DNA from: the human T2T-CHM13v2.0 reference genome, Homo sapiens | Strand: one strand, 5' to 3' | Assembly: GCF_009914755.1 (NCBI RefSeq) | Contig: NC_060934.1 | Length of the DNA: 64,000 bases | Shown here: positions 23,932 through 37,394 of the stretch, one piece after another | Numbering within the stretch: the first letter of the stretch is position 1 | How the letters are laid out: each line of letters opens with the position of its first letter | Program-made: the position numbers and the translations under genes | Notes under the pieces: generated by a model | The model's input: the letters and a program-made list of their open reading frames with translations, nothing else | What the model was told of the DNA's origin: nothing | Databases searched by the model: none

Positions 23932-24663
23932 CTGGGAAAAACAAAAACAAAAACAAAACAAAAAAAACCCTCTAAACTCTAAGAAGCTTGTTAACTAAGA
24001 AGAGATTTAATTTCTTGGGAGGAAATGAGATTGAGGTAGAAGAAGACTAGGGTGAGGGATGAATTCTGACTTCCCCAGAGTTCAAAATAATCCCCACCCA
24101 TTTGCCCAAGAAAGTGATCGTGCTGACGGCATGATATCTGGTGGCTTCTGACAACCCATTTCTCCTTCATCCACGCAAGGACACGTAGAGAGGGCAGAAG
24201 TGTGAAGAGTTGCTAAAATAATCTAAATAGGGCAGACAGGGAATGCAAAAAAGACAGAAGCCACCGTGAGTAGGCAAGAGCTGTGGATTTATGAATGCAA
24301 AACATTAAAATATTAGAAACAGGTAACTGGAAAAGTTAAAGCTGCCATAGACAAGTGATAATCCAAATTTTAACAGGTCCCGACAGCATGACAGAGGCAG
24401 CTTTGCCCAGAATGAACTATATTTATTCAATTCAAAAATGAGAAATGTATTCATTGCATTAGGCCCAAACCTTATCATCAGCATGGGTCTAAGGGTCGTT
24501 CATGGGCCGCCCGCCTTCCTAAATAACCTCCTAGTGCATCTGCACTGGGAAAATGAAGACAGGACTTCCCACCCCCTCACTGAACTGAGCACAGGGGTAA
24601 CCATCACAGGATAGGATTCAATCTGTCTCACGTACAGGGATAGGTTTTCCTGATGCCCTCTGC

Positions 24664-24772
24664 TAGGCTGACCCACTGTCCAGGTTTGCTGGGACCAAGG
24701 GCTTCCTGAGATTTAGGACATTCAGTGACACAGCAGAAAGTCACAGGCCACCCAGGACAAGTTGGCCCCTCC
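24664..24772. mobile_element. MER81-like hAT-Blackjack MITE
   Basis: TAGGCTGACCCACTGTCCAGGTTTGCTGGGAC...AAAGTCACAGGCCACCCAGGACAAGTTGGCCCCT matches the palindromic MER81 layout. Confidence 0.7.
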
Positions 24773-25861
24773 CACCCATTCCACTCCCATAATATTAAAA
24801 AGAAAGTTGAGTTGATTTTCTTTGACCTTCAAGAAACCCTGACGCAGAATTACAGAATTACAAATTTGGGGCTTCTATGGATGGGCACCTTTATCCCAAA
24901 AGTAGCAGACATGTGCTGGGTGAGGGTGAATATAAGGCATTTTCTAAAAGCTCTCATTTTAATCTACTGTAATTTAAAACATTTTAACGTTCAAGTCACA
25001 AGGATAAGCTACGCAATGGACAACTAACTTGCATGAACTTTTAAGAGGAAACACGTTTTCAGAGGATGTTTGCTCTTTGGGCTTGTGGCCAGCCAGGGTG
25101 CAGTCCACACCTGTGGCATATTTATGGATGCTCTGGAGCAGAGCTGATCCACTGTACTTTGTCTGCCCACAAGCCACAAAGAAAGGACTTGTCCACGGAC
25201 ACCTTGAAATTCATCTCCCAGTGTTCTTCCCTGCTTCTCTCTCTCCAGGTCCCTAAGGTCCGCTAGGATTTCTACAGGAAGGCAGCATGCTATGGGGGTG
25301 CATGCTCTGCCCTCCCCTGCTCCGTGACCCCAGCTGGCATCACTGGTCTTGTCTATAAGTGGTGATAGTATCAACGTCCATGAAGGCTACCGGGAGGATT
25401 AATGTCATCTCACCAATGTGGAGTGTGTTGGCCTGCTTGTTCTTGCTGCTATCAGGTGAACGGCTATCACGTGATGGTTTGGTGGTTAAAGATGAAACAG
25501 TGATGGAATTATTTTATACACACATTTCACATATCTTAAATGTTTTATCAGTTATGATTTTCATAGAACTCTCATTAAGTTTTCATAATTGGTATGTTCT
25601 TAAAATAAGTGCACTGGAACAATCTCATTGGTCAGTTCTCAGATGACATTCAATAGTGCACATACCTTGCCTCAGATATTTTCCTAATATTTGTGTGTTG
25701 TTTACATTTATCATATGCATATTAGTTATAGTTGGGCTGTGTTCTCTCCCCAACACCCAAAATGGGTCAATGGCTCAAAAGTAAAACAATTTTAATACAT
25801 TGTTTTTAATATTGAATAAATACTTAAATATTTTAGGAAATATTTTAATTTTTAAATGTTA

Positions 25862-26184
<323 letters not shown>

Positions 26185-26199
26185 TAAATATTAATAATG

Positions 26200-26460
26200 A
26201 ATAAGACTCCAATAAGAACATACATTATGAAAAATGAATCTGTGGCAGGTGACAATCTCTACAAGCATCCAAAAAAAAAAAAAAGTCAAGACCTACTAGG
26301 AAGTAAGATAAGAACTATGTGAGAATTTGTTTTTATTGACCAGCCAATCTGCATATCACTGGTATCCAGCAACTGCGGTGAAACTTGTTCAATGGATGGC
26401 ATGGAGACATCAGTGGAGGAGAAACCTAAACGATAGAGACAGTCTTCAGAAAGACAGCTT
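26200..26460 (+). mobile_element. Probable Charlie-family (hAT) transposase 5' fossil
   Basis: 26298 reads RK*DKNYVRICF and, after a frameshift, 26374 reads CGETCSMDGMETS. These resemble Charlie N-terminal 'RKYD..YL.FGF...CGEVLSN..MKPS'. Confidence 0.4.
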
Positions 26461-27147
26461 TCACAGCAGACGCAGATCAAGACATACTCCTGCGAGAAGC
26501 TTGTAAACCTGGTCACCAGCGAATGACAGAGATGATGGTCAGGGAATCAGAAGAAAAAGCTATTGGAAAAAGTCCCTTATGACATCACATGACATCAGCG
26601 GCGATTGCTGTCGCATGCACATCCCAGCGGGTCTTTCGATGCACTGTGGGGCCGAGTCCCGCACTACACAGAGCCCAGACTGACTCTGGCATCACCTGGA
26701 CCAGCTACAAGAGGGATGGGCATGATCACAGGCTTCCATCCATGGCCCACGGCTGGGGGACATCTTGAGAACCTATGCTACAGGGAAGAGTTTTCACAAT
26801 TATTGAATAATCATCCTGTAAGCAATGATATGGACTAAAAACCAAAATACAGAAATCAGCCCTGCTGGGGCAAACAGGCCACATCTGAAACCCAATTTAC
26901 ATGTGGGGTTTCACTAATAGGGAATTGGGGGCCTCCGGTCTTGATTCAGAATTGATGAAAATAATAAAAATTGTGAATATTACCAAATCACAGAAGCAAA
27001 TTGTGCAACTTACAGTGTGCTGTGCAAATCAATGCACAGCTGGTCTATTTTCCCGCATTGGGCAGTAAGGTCCTCACTGGGTTTGAGGTTTGGAAATGAA
27101 GGATGAAACGAAAACTTTCCTTCATGGCACTAAAATGCCATTCATGA

Positions 27148-27504
<357 letters not shown>

Positions 27505-30500
27505 TAAGTGACCTTTCCTAGGAAAATATTTGGTATTTTGAATAGTCTAACCTATCCCTTTAGGACTGAAATACAACATGTTTGATGCTGAGGAAAAAAT
27601 TAAAAATTTCTCAGTAAGACCAAACTATAGGATACACAGCTTATCTCCCAGAAGTTTGAGTCTTTCCAAACACTCAGTGCTTTATTGCACTATGAATAAA
27701 ATAAAGATATATTTTAGGGGGAAATATTTTAAATCCACATTTAAGTAGAGACACTGAGCATGATAGAATACTGTTCAAATCCAAAGGCAACCAAATCGAG
27801 GCACCATTTTCCCAAACTGGAACATTCAGACTTCTATAGGGAGACACAGGCTCATCTACCCAGCATCCAGGGGATCCAGGAATCCTGGGAGGCACCTTCC
27901 TGCAGTTGTCGAATCCACATTCAATGTGGTGACAGGAGCTGTAACCAATGTCATCGAAGCCCCTGGACAATGGGTGCAGACGGAGGCGTTCATACCACCC
28001 AATCCCAAAGAGGAACGACACACACGGCCTTCCCAGCAGCCATCATCGCAGGCTGGGATTTTCAAATTTAGGATTTGTAAAAGATGAGAAAAGAAACAGC
28101 ATGAAGGTTAACATAACAGAAAATTTCGCTCTCTGTAAGCCGACATACATCATGTCGTCCTCAGTAATGCATACATAGTAAGAGTCCTTATTTAAAAGGA
28201 GACATACGTTTTAAAAATTAAATTGAGATGTATTATTTTCATTAACCAAATTCCCAGTCCCTTCATACTATACTTTGAATTGGGACAATTCTATGCTCTG
28301 AAAATCTGGGCATTTCTGAGTCTTAAACAATCAAAAAGCAAAGACAGGCCCCAGTGCCCACATTTAAGTCATTCTCTAGATGCGGCTGAGCAAAAACTAG
28401 ACATGTGACTGTGCATTTGTGAATTTTATGGGCTTTTTCTCTTTGAATCTGGCAGTCAAAGTAGCCATCCAGCCAAACAGAAGATCTACAGGGAAAAGAG
28501 ATACATGTGCATAAGAACAGGAAGTCAGAATAAAGCCATTAATATCTGAATCCGATGCGCTGTGAGATCGTTCTGTTACGCGACACTAGCGCTTTCCCGC
28601 CGCGGAGTCCCATGGGGTCAGAGGCGTCGTGGCCTTCAGAGATGCTCGGGCTGCCACCGGGGTTAGCCCTGGGAAAAATTAAAGCACAGCAACCCTGCCC
28701 AGTGCAGGACAGCAGGCAGTGAGAAGGGGGCAGATCTGAAGCCTTTCCATCTTCAACTGTCCCCATGCTTAAGGGCAGATGGTGGATTCTGGCCTTTCTC
28801 TCCTGCTGGGGTACAGGTGTGCATGCAAAGGGATGGACACACGCACTGAGCTCTTGGAGACTTCATTTCCATTAAATTCTGAGTGGGAATCTCTGGCCTG
28901 GAAGTGAGGTGCCATTCCCACCCACGCCCCCTCACGGGCCCTTTCCTCTTGGTGACTTAGCACTTCTTTCCAGTCTTTTCTGGTACCACTCAACCTTCCC
29001 ACCGGGTCCTGCAGGGATCGGGGAGCCGCATGGAGGGAGCACAGGAAGGCTGGCAGTAGGAAGGAGGGAAGCTCAGACACTGAGCCACATACGCACCTTT
29101 GCCCATCAGATCTGTCCATGGAGAAGCAGTGCTGAGAGAGAGAGCCAGAGGCTGCAGGTGACAAGATGGCCAGGGGCCCCAGGCGTCAGCGACTGACCAG
29201 AGGCCATTGGTCTATGGTGTCAGGGCAAAGGCTCGGGCTGGGGTGGAGAGGGAGAATGGAGCAGAGGCTGAAGGCTGCCAGGAACAGCTAGCGGCATGCC
29301 CGAAGGGAGTCCCTGCCCACGTTGGCCTGGGCTGGGCTGTAGGGAACCCACTAGCAGCGTTGGGTCACAAGGTGAAGAGGGGAGGAGCACTGTCTCTAGA
29401 GCTCCTGGTCCACTGAGACCACAGTCCTCTCCAAGTGCCCCCATGTGGACCAGTGGGCAAGGAACTGGCACCCCACTAGAAGCACTGCCATGGGCTTCTC
29501 ACCCACACAGCAGGTCCAAGCAGCACCTCTATGCCATCCAAAATGCTTCCCACGTGAAGTCCCCCAGAACGGGGGGCTGCAGAGCAGCAGGGAGTTTCCT
29601 CAGCTCGGTTCACCAACTTCTAATGTGTTGCCACAATCGTGCAATCATTTGAAGATAGGCAAGTCCCTTCAATGTGTGTCACCCAAGGGCAAGACAGCCA
29701 CTTGTTTTTAAAGGAATAGACTTTCTGGGGTTGTATCTCCATGTATCAGATAGCCTAGCCGGTTGTTTCTCTTCACTTTCGGAGCACGTGGCTTTGGTTT
29801 CAGCGCATGTTGTGGAGCTGCGAATGGAGCTTTTATAAGATGGGGTGCTCAGAGACTTGGGGAGCCTCCAGATTTGCTCATTGGTGCCACGATCACACTT
29901 GCTCCAGCAGCCTCATCCTCATGCTGTTTTCAAAGAGCTTCCGGCTCCCAGGACACAGGCACCTGCAGAGATCACAACAACACGGAAACCAAAGCATCCC
30001 CAGAATTCCACACTTTGAGTGCCTCGTAGCAACTTTAGCACCAAACAAACTACAAGCCCAACTGCATGAGACTCAAACCAACCGTGTCCACTATGGGTGT
30101 TCCTCTTATGTTATTGCCCTAGTGGTAAACATTGATAAGAAAAATGAAATATCCACGTTAAGATGGAATACTGAACAGTGACAAATGCCCATATGAAAAC
30201 GGGGAAGGTGGCCTGTGGGCTGTGAGAGATGCTGCAGACTTCAGGAAACAGAAATGGCAGCCTGGCCAGATTCATCTCCCTTGTCTTGTACAATGGTGAG
30301 TGCCGGCAGGAGAAGGGGTCTGTGGAGACACAGCCAAGAAGTGCAGGTGGACCCCAGGACATCACTGTGGAAGCAACAGGCCTGCAGATTCCCAAGCCTG
30401 TTCCTCACAACACCGTTCTCCCCCAGGCCCCATTTGTTTCTTAGAAGAAACAAATGAAGGCTGCTTTTGTACAAGACAACACGCAGTGCCCCAAACATCT

Positions 30501-32264
30501 TAAGCTTTCCCTCTGGTCCCCTCCTGCTTACCAGTTGCCCCTTCAGGAAGCCAACTGACCCATGAGGCCAGAACAAGTTGTGTCTTGAGGTCTCAAGCCC
30601 CACCAGCCTCATCCACACCCCCTACACCCAGCCTGTCACCTCCACAGGCTTCCTGTATCAAAAGAGGCCCTTGGGAAGGGCTTTGGTGCTCATTCTTACT
30701 ATAGGTGTAAATAGCTTAGTGTAATCATCCCAGAAGAATTCACATTTTGGAAGGTATCAAAATCTTAAGCTAATATTTCCCTAAAATCACACAGGCAGCA
30801 AGAATTTTATTCATTTTAGAAGCAGGTCTAATCTACCCACATGCCCCAGGTATTCTGGGAGAAGTAATATAAAGAAAGGTAGGGACCCATAGCAACCCTG
30901 GTAGGGACAGAAGAGGGGAAAAAGGCAGGGGACAGGACCTGCTGCTCAGTAGCCTGGGCGGTAGCCTCCTCTGAAATCCACTGTCACCCACCAGCCTGCT
31001 GGCAGCTTGGTGGCCCGCATTTGCACAGATCTGCACTGACACTGCCAGTCCCTGCCACTGAAGGATGCCATTTTAAATGCAAAAAGGCAGTCACTTCTGC
31101 AATATTGATTGCCAGCTGCCAGAGTCCACTTCCCGTGGCCAAACACTGAGTGACTCCAGTCACAGGTGGTCACAGCCCAGTGGACAAAGGTGACAAGGCA
31201 CCTGGCCGCATGCAGGACACCTGCCTGGACAGCAGCAAGTGCCCGGTGTGCGCCACGGCCACGTCAGCACAGGGATGTCCGTGCCACCCGCTCCTACAGA
31301 CACCGGAGCTTGGGCTTGCTCTGGGTCCCTCTGCAGGATTCTCTCCCGCCTTGGTCTTGGGCAAAGCCAAGGCTCACCTAGGCCAGGCTCAGGGTAGAAG
31401 TGACCTTCACCCCATGGGCATGGGCCACAGGAAAGGAAAAGTAAACTGCTCCTGTCTGCCAAGCCTCGGGCTCCTCTGAAGGGGATGCCAGCCCAGGGCT
31501 GCTAGCACACCGGGGCCTGTGGGTGGAGTCACAGGGTCAGCTCTGCCAGGTTCCCCAGGACCAGCAGCGGATGCTGTGGTCACTGACGTATTGATAGAGA
31601 CCGGAAACTCTCTGGTCCTTGAACCTCTATGCACCTCAACACCCAACACCCATACCCAGTCCCAAATATTCCCTAGAGAAGCCCGGTTCAGCCCAGCTCA
31701 GCCCCACCCCACCCTCACCTGCAATGTTTCCTGACATCCCCGGCTCTGATCCACACGCTTTGTGCTTATGCAAGGACTGGCAATAGAAGCTATACTGGCT
31801 CCCTTAAATAAGATGAAAGTGAAGAAACAAACCAACGGTGGTCAGGCCGTATATGACAGCAGAACTCTGGCCCACGCCCTCTGTAGCAACCAGCTCAGAG
31901 CAGTCAGGACTTGGTCAACAACTGCTAGCTTCCAAAAATTACTCAACTCCAAACCAATGCAGAAAGCCAAATATGCACCCATATCAGTCAAACTGGAGGC
32001 TCTGCTTCCAGACAGCCCCCACCCACCCCGATCTTCCCCGGTGTTTCACCCAGGGCACACCAGAAGCCGCCCCTGTTCCGCTGAGAAGCGTCCCACTCTG
32101 CTGCCTGTCTCTGAGTCTCTGCCAAAGGCATGTGGCGATGGCCACCTCTGCTGCCAGAGCAAGGTCTGAAGGAATCGCTTGTTTGTCCTTCCATGCATGG
32201 TCTTTGCTTATTTCCACTAAGGACATGCAAGGAAATAATTCCCTCTCGAGAGAGTGTGATGACA

Positions 32265-33115
32265 AGCCACCAACTTGGCAAAAGTATTTGCAAATCACAT
32301 AGCTGATAAACGACTTATATCTAGAATATATAAAGAACATTCAAAACTCAATAGCAAGAAAACAAACAACTCAATTTTAAAAATGAACAAAAACTTGAAC
32401 AGATGCTTTACCAAAGAGGATATACAAATGGCAAATGAAATATTCCAGATCATTATCCATTAAGGCAATGAGAGTTAAAATTGTGATACACCTATTAACA
32501 TGGCCAAAATAAAAAATACTGGCAATGCCAAGTGCTGACAAGAATGTGAATCAACTGGAACTCTCATACATTGCTAGTGGGAATGCAAGATCATACAGTC
32601 ACTTTGGAGAAGAGGGTGGTGGTTTCTTATAAAGTTAAACATATATTTACCATGAGACCCAGCAATAGCAATCCTGTTTTCACGCAAGAAAAATGAAAAC
32701 TTAGTTTACACAAATAAAATGTACCTGAATGCTTATAGAAGCTTTATGTACAATTGCCAAAAACTAGAAACAAACCAACTAGAAAACAAACTGTGGTCCC
32801 TCTATAGAATGGAACCCCACTCAGCAATAAACGGAAACAAACAGGGAGAGAAGCCAGACCCAAGGCTGCAGCAGGTGCGATTCCACTCATACGACATTCC
32901 GGAAAAGACCAAACTAGAGGAACAGAGACAGATCAGTGATTGCCAGGAGTGGAGGATGGGGAAAGGGGTTTACGATAAAGGGGTTTCAGGGGGTGATGGA
33001 ATTATTCTGTATCTTAATTGTGATGGTAGCTACGTGACTAAGCATTTGTAAAACTCACGGAACTATAAACCATAGCGAATAAATTTTACTGTATGTCACT
33101 TTAAAAATAAATACA
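32265..33115 (+). mobile_element. L1 3' portion (L1MC/L1MD-like)
   Basis: TATTTGCAAATCACATAGCTGATAAA...CTAGAATATATAAAGAAC...GGTGATGGAATTATTCTGTATCTT...AAATTTTACTGTATGT then AATAAA. Confidence 0.85.
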
Positions 33116-33733
33116 ATTTTTAAAAATCCATTCCATCAACACAGCTTCTAGATTTCTCATTTCCAGTAAGGTTTTGAAGGGCAGTAGTCCCACATTGCAT
33201 TTTTTATGCTAAAATGCCATTAGTGATTCAGTCAAACATTAATTACAAAAACGGAAAAAACACTAGAAGCATCCACCTCCCATCAGCATTCTATCGCCTT
33301 TATCCACCTAGCAGCACACTCTAAATCCTATTGATTTGCTTATATTTAGAATACATATTGTTTCCTGATGACAAAGGTAATATACATTCACTACAGAAAA
33401 TATTAAAAAGAGTAAGACATAAATAGTACCAGCTATACTATTACAATCTAATAATTTGCTTTTTCAAAATAGTTTTTGAATAAAGTTATTACTACCACCA
33501 TAATGAAATGTCAAATATAAGGCAATACAAATAGAAGGTATCTGTAAAATGATCATAATGAATATAAAACAGTTCGACTATATTTTAAAAATTTAAATTT
33601 TAAAGGATAAAATGTAAGCCATGATAAATCCAATTAATTGACTTAAAAACAATTTCCTCAATAAAAGAACAGACTTCTTTATGATCAGCTATGAATGAAG
33701 GGCTATTCAGTTTTCTGTTGTTTCCCCTGAGTT

Positions 33734-33929
33734 ACTGGTTCTCAAATTCAAGGGTACAGGTAGCATCCCCCAGACAGCTTATAAAAACATATTTTGGGCT
33801 GGCCCCAAACCCCATTAGAATCTCTGATTTATTAGGCCTGGCATGAGATTTGGAATGTGCATCTCTCTAATAAATGTCCAGGTGTGGCTGATGCTGCTGT
33901 GGTCTGGGGACCCAACCTTGAGAACCATT
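33734..33929. mobile_element. MER5A-like hAT-Charlie MITE
   Basis: Terminal inverted repeats TGGTTCTCAA...TTGAGAACCA and an internal GCTGATGCTGCTG. Confidence 0.8.
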
Positions 33930-35111
33930 CCTTCAAAATGTACTTCTGTTATCCAATTCATGCTTTTACATTCTCAGAAATATTTAAGCATCTGGCCACG
34001 GTAATGCTGGACTCTGAGAATTAATTCTTAACCAGAATGATGTGAGTAACTTACAGGAATAATCTACAGGCTCTGTTCTGAATGGAGTGGGGTGGCCAAG
34101 TCCACGGCAATGAGAGGGTATTCTCTGTGCATTCCCCACTCCCCTCTGGGTCGGGGAGACTTTTATCAAGTCTTTCAAGTGCATTTTCATAAAGCTCAAA
34201 ATATTTTCAGTAAGTCCTTCAGATGCATTCATAGCCAGGTCCTCTAAAGAGGGGAAAGGGTCTCAGTCAGCCAACACAGGTACAAGCCCTCCTCCAGCTT
34301 TCCCGTCACCACCTTCTCTCGCCTGCGAGGGGAATATTGATGGCAGCTGACGCTCGCCTTCTAGGGATGGATGTAGGTTGTCCTAATGAGCTAATATGTC
34401 TGCAAGATATGCTAATTTGCAAAGCCGGCTATAATAATGCATACAATCTCAGTTTGGAGATTTCATGCAGAAAGTTCTTGAAACCCAAATAGAGTGAAAA
34501 CGTTTTCAAGCAAAGGCCGAGAAGCATCTATATGAAACAGGAGTTGTCAATAGTCAGTGGCGTCTCTCCCCTTAACTGACAACTCGCAGCTTTGGCATGC
34601 TTTCCTCCCCTGTTCCTGCACACATCTGAGGTTTCTCTGTGCAGGCTGCAGCCCAGAGCAGGCACTCTGCACCTGCTCAGTCAGAGATCAGGCCTGAGAC
34701 CCCCACATGGCCTTCGAAAAATGACTGTCTAGCCACACCCACAAGTGACAATCGCCAAAACACCAGTCAGATGGGCTCATTACACTTTTCTCTCTAAATT
34801 CATGACAATATTCAATGACTAATAAAACTTTTAAATTCTCTGCATCAATTTTCACACCACCAACAGAAAGCATTAAGGCCTCATAGTATTACATTAAAAC
34901 AGACATGCTTCCTGACTAAGTTCAAGAAAAACACCCAGAAATGACTGAGCACAAATTAAAGATGACCCAGGAGAAGAAAACCTATTCAAGTCATTATACT
35001 CATATAAGAAAGAGTCCACTGAGTCAAGATCTAATAAATACGTGCATCTCCATGCTCACTTCTGAAGTATGTGTCCCCTGTATTGCTTTGCACATTGAGT
35101 GATAAATGATA

Positions 35112-35292
35112 GTGGGTGGGTGGGTGGGTGGATGGATGGATGGATGAGTGGATGGGCAGACAGATGGGTTCGTGGGTGGATGGATGAATGGATGGATAGA
35201 CGGATGGATGGATAGGTGGATGGATGGATGAATGGATGAGTGGATGGCTAGACAGTTGGGTGAGTGGATGGATAAAAAGAGGAATGGATGGA
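35112..35292. repeat. (GGGT)n/(TGGA)n simple repeat
   Basis: Directly visible. Confidence 0.95.
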
Positions 35293-35332
35293 CAGTGTTG
35301 ATGAAGAGTCATCATTTAATCTGGTAGCAGAG

Positions 35333-35475
35333 AATCTGACTCTCCTACCTGGTAGTTGTCTAAACTTGGTCAAGTCCTGCTAGCTCTCTGAGCCTGTTTT
35401 CACAACTTTAACAAAAATATAGTAATTACTGTCATACTGACTTTATAAGGTTTTTGTGGGGACCAGGTTAAGGAA
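35333..35475 (+). mobile_element. MIR fragment
   Basis: ACTTGGTCAAGTC...CTCTCTGAGCCTGTTTTCAC MIR core. Confidence 0.6.
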
Positions 35476-35642
35476 TAAAAAAAGCAAGCTATTATAATGT
35501 CCATTTATCTACTGACTTTCATTTTGTTTTATTTGAAACTCAGACTGACATAAACAAGCTTTGTCCAACTTTCACGAGTGGCTCATTGGTACACCAGGTG
35601 ACATGACAGTTTACAAAGTCAGCCCTACATAGAAAACAACTG

Positions 35643-35855
35643 CTAACATTTTATGAAGATGTCCTAGATGCTAGACATTGTTCCATGAGCTTGATTTGCA
35701 TTCTCATTTAATCCACAAACAACACTCTGCGGTCGGTACTATTATCATATCCATTTTCTACAAAAAAACTAGAACACAAAGACTAAGCAACTCGCCTTCA
35801 GTCATGCGTTTATTAAAAAGTGGCAGAGCCAGGGGGCAAACCCAACTATCTGGCC
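35643..35855 (-). mobile_element. MIR
   Basis: TCTCATTTAATCCACAAACAACACT...GGTACTATTATCATATCCATTTT...AGTGGCAGAGCCAGG. Confidence 0.75.
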
Positions 35856-35916
35856 ATTATGAGCACAAAACCAGTAGGAGCTCACAATGGAGTCACACAG
35901 ACCAGGCATTTCCAGG

Positions 35917-36154
35917 CACTTCCTTGCCTTTTCCTCCAGTGTGCCTTGGCTCCTGGTCTCTTCATCCATCTTTAAAGCCAGAGTGCTGGGCTGAGTCCCT
36001 CCCACGTGGCATCTCTGATTTCTCTTTGCCTCCCTCTTCCCCTTTTAAGGACCCTGTGATTACATCACCCTCACCTGGATAGTCCAAGCTCATTTCCCTA
36101 TTTCAGAATCAGGGAATTTGCAACCTTAATTTAATCCACAGCCTTGATTCCCCT
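35917..36154 (-). mobile_element. Partial MLT1D LTR; local duplicate of 37568-37806
   Basis: Aligns at about 85% with 37568-37806, including shared non-consensus stretches. Confidence 0.85.
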
Positions 36155-36159
36155 ACACC

Positions 36160-36300
36160 AACCTTACTTAGACTCTGGAGGCTAGTTTCTCACCTGCAAA
36201 GTGGGCATAATAATGTTATCTATTTTATAAAAGTTTAGGGATTAACCGAAATGACACATTTAAGTGTCACTTGATCAGCACTTTGGCACACAGTAAGAAC
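36160..36300 (+). mobile_element. MIR 3' half
   Basis: AGTTTCTCACCTGCAAAGTGGGCATAATAAT...TGGCACACAGTAAG. Confidence 0.7.
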
Positions 36301-36394
36301 AAAAAAAGTTTGAAATTTAAAAATATTTGTAGCAGGCTATTCTGACTAAATTACAAAGCACAAGTAATCCTACAAGTATGAACATTCACCCACG

Positions 36395-36862
36395 TGCCTG
36401 TGTGGATGTGCTCATGTATATGTGCATGTATATGTGTGGCATGCATGTGTGTGTGCTTGCATGTGTGTGGGAGTGGGTGGGGTGTGTGCATGGGGACTGT
36501 GTGCATGGAGGGGTGTGTGCATGGGGACTGTGTGCATGGAGGGGTGTGTGCATGGGGTGTGTGCAAGGAGGGGTGTGTGCATGGAGGGGTGTGTGCATGG
36601 GGTGTGTGCATGGAGGGGTGTGTGCATGGAGGGGTGTGTGCATGGGGTGTGTGCATGGAGGGGTGTGTGCATGGGGGTGTGCATGGGGGTGTGCATGGGG
36701 GGTGTGTGCATGGAGGGGTGTGTGCATGGAGGGGTGTGTGCACGGAGGGGTGTGTGCATGGGGTGTGTGCATGGGGTGTGTGCATGAAGGGGTATGTGCA
36801 TGGAGGAATGTGTGCTGTGCATGGAGGGGTGTGTATGCTTGTGTGTGCGTGTGTGCATGTGT
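36395..36862. repeat. G-rich minisatellite, 13-17-bp units GGGGTGTGTGCATG(GA)
   Basis: Directly visible. I count 25 TGCATG hexamers on the plus strand. Confidence 0.97.
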
Positions 36863-37394
36863 ACTTTCCTTCAGCTGAACCGCTATCATTATTAGCTGGT
36901 CAAGAAGGAACTTTGAAGGCAAAACAAAAATGCTAATACACTTCTGCAGCTGTGTGAAGAATGTGAATGTATTCCACATTCAGAGAAGACTTTTAAATGC
37001 CTGTAGAATCTCAAATGAAGGACCAAAGGAGGCTATTTAGGAATCCTTATCCAATTGCTGCTGAAAACCACCCAAACAGTTCTCTGAGATTTTATCGGAG
37101 ACTAAATAGTCACAAATGAGCTGAACTGCTTTTCTTTCATTTTCTCAACACGGTTGGTAGTTTCCCTACCAAGGCAACTGATGCTCTTCCATGCTGGTTT
37201 CTTCCCCTCCCGACTGGGGGGATAACAAGCAACAGTAACTGAGAAGCCTTCCTAAACTCAGAGGAAAGCCCAGATAATTCACTCACAGTCCAGGCCAGCC
37301 CAGGGAAGGCCTCAACCAGTACTTGTCCCACGTGGGAAGTGAGAGTGGACAAACTCAACGCCAACCCCAGCTCCTTCAAACTGCACGTTCACTT

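Noticed and set aside
27760-28071. Exon-like GC-richer patch with several short ORFs
   Set aside because: No convincing acceptor/donor pair and no recognisable peptide in any frame.
36351-36979. Six overlapping 121-197-aa ORFs
   Set aside because: Minisatellite artefact, open on both strands.
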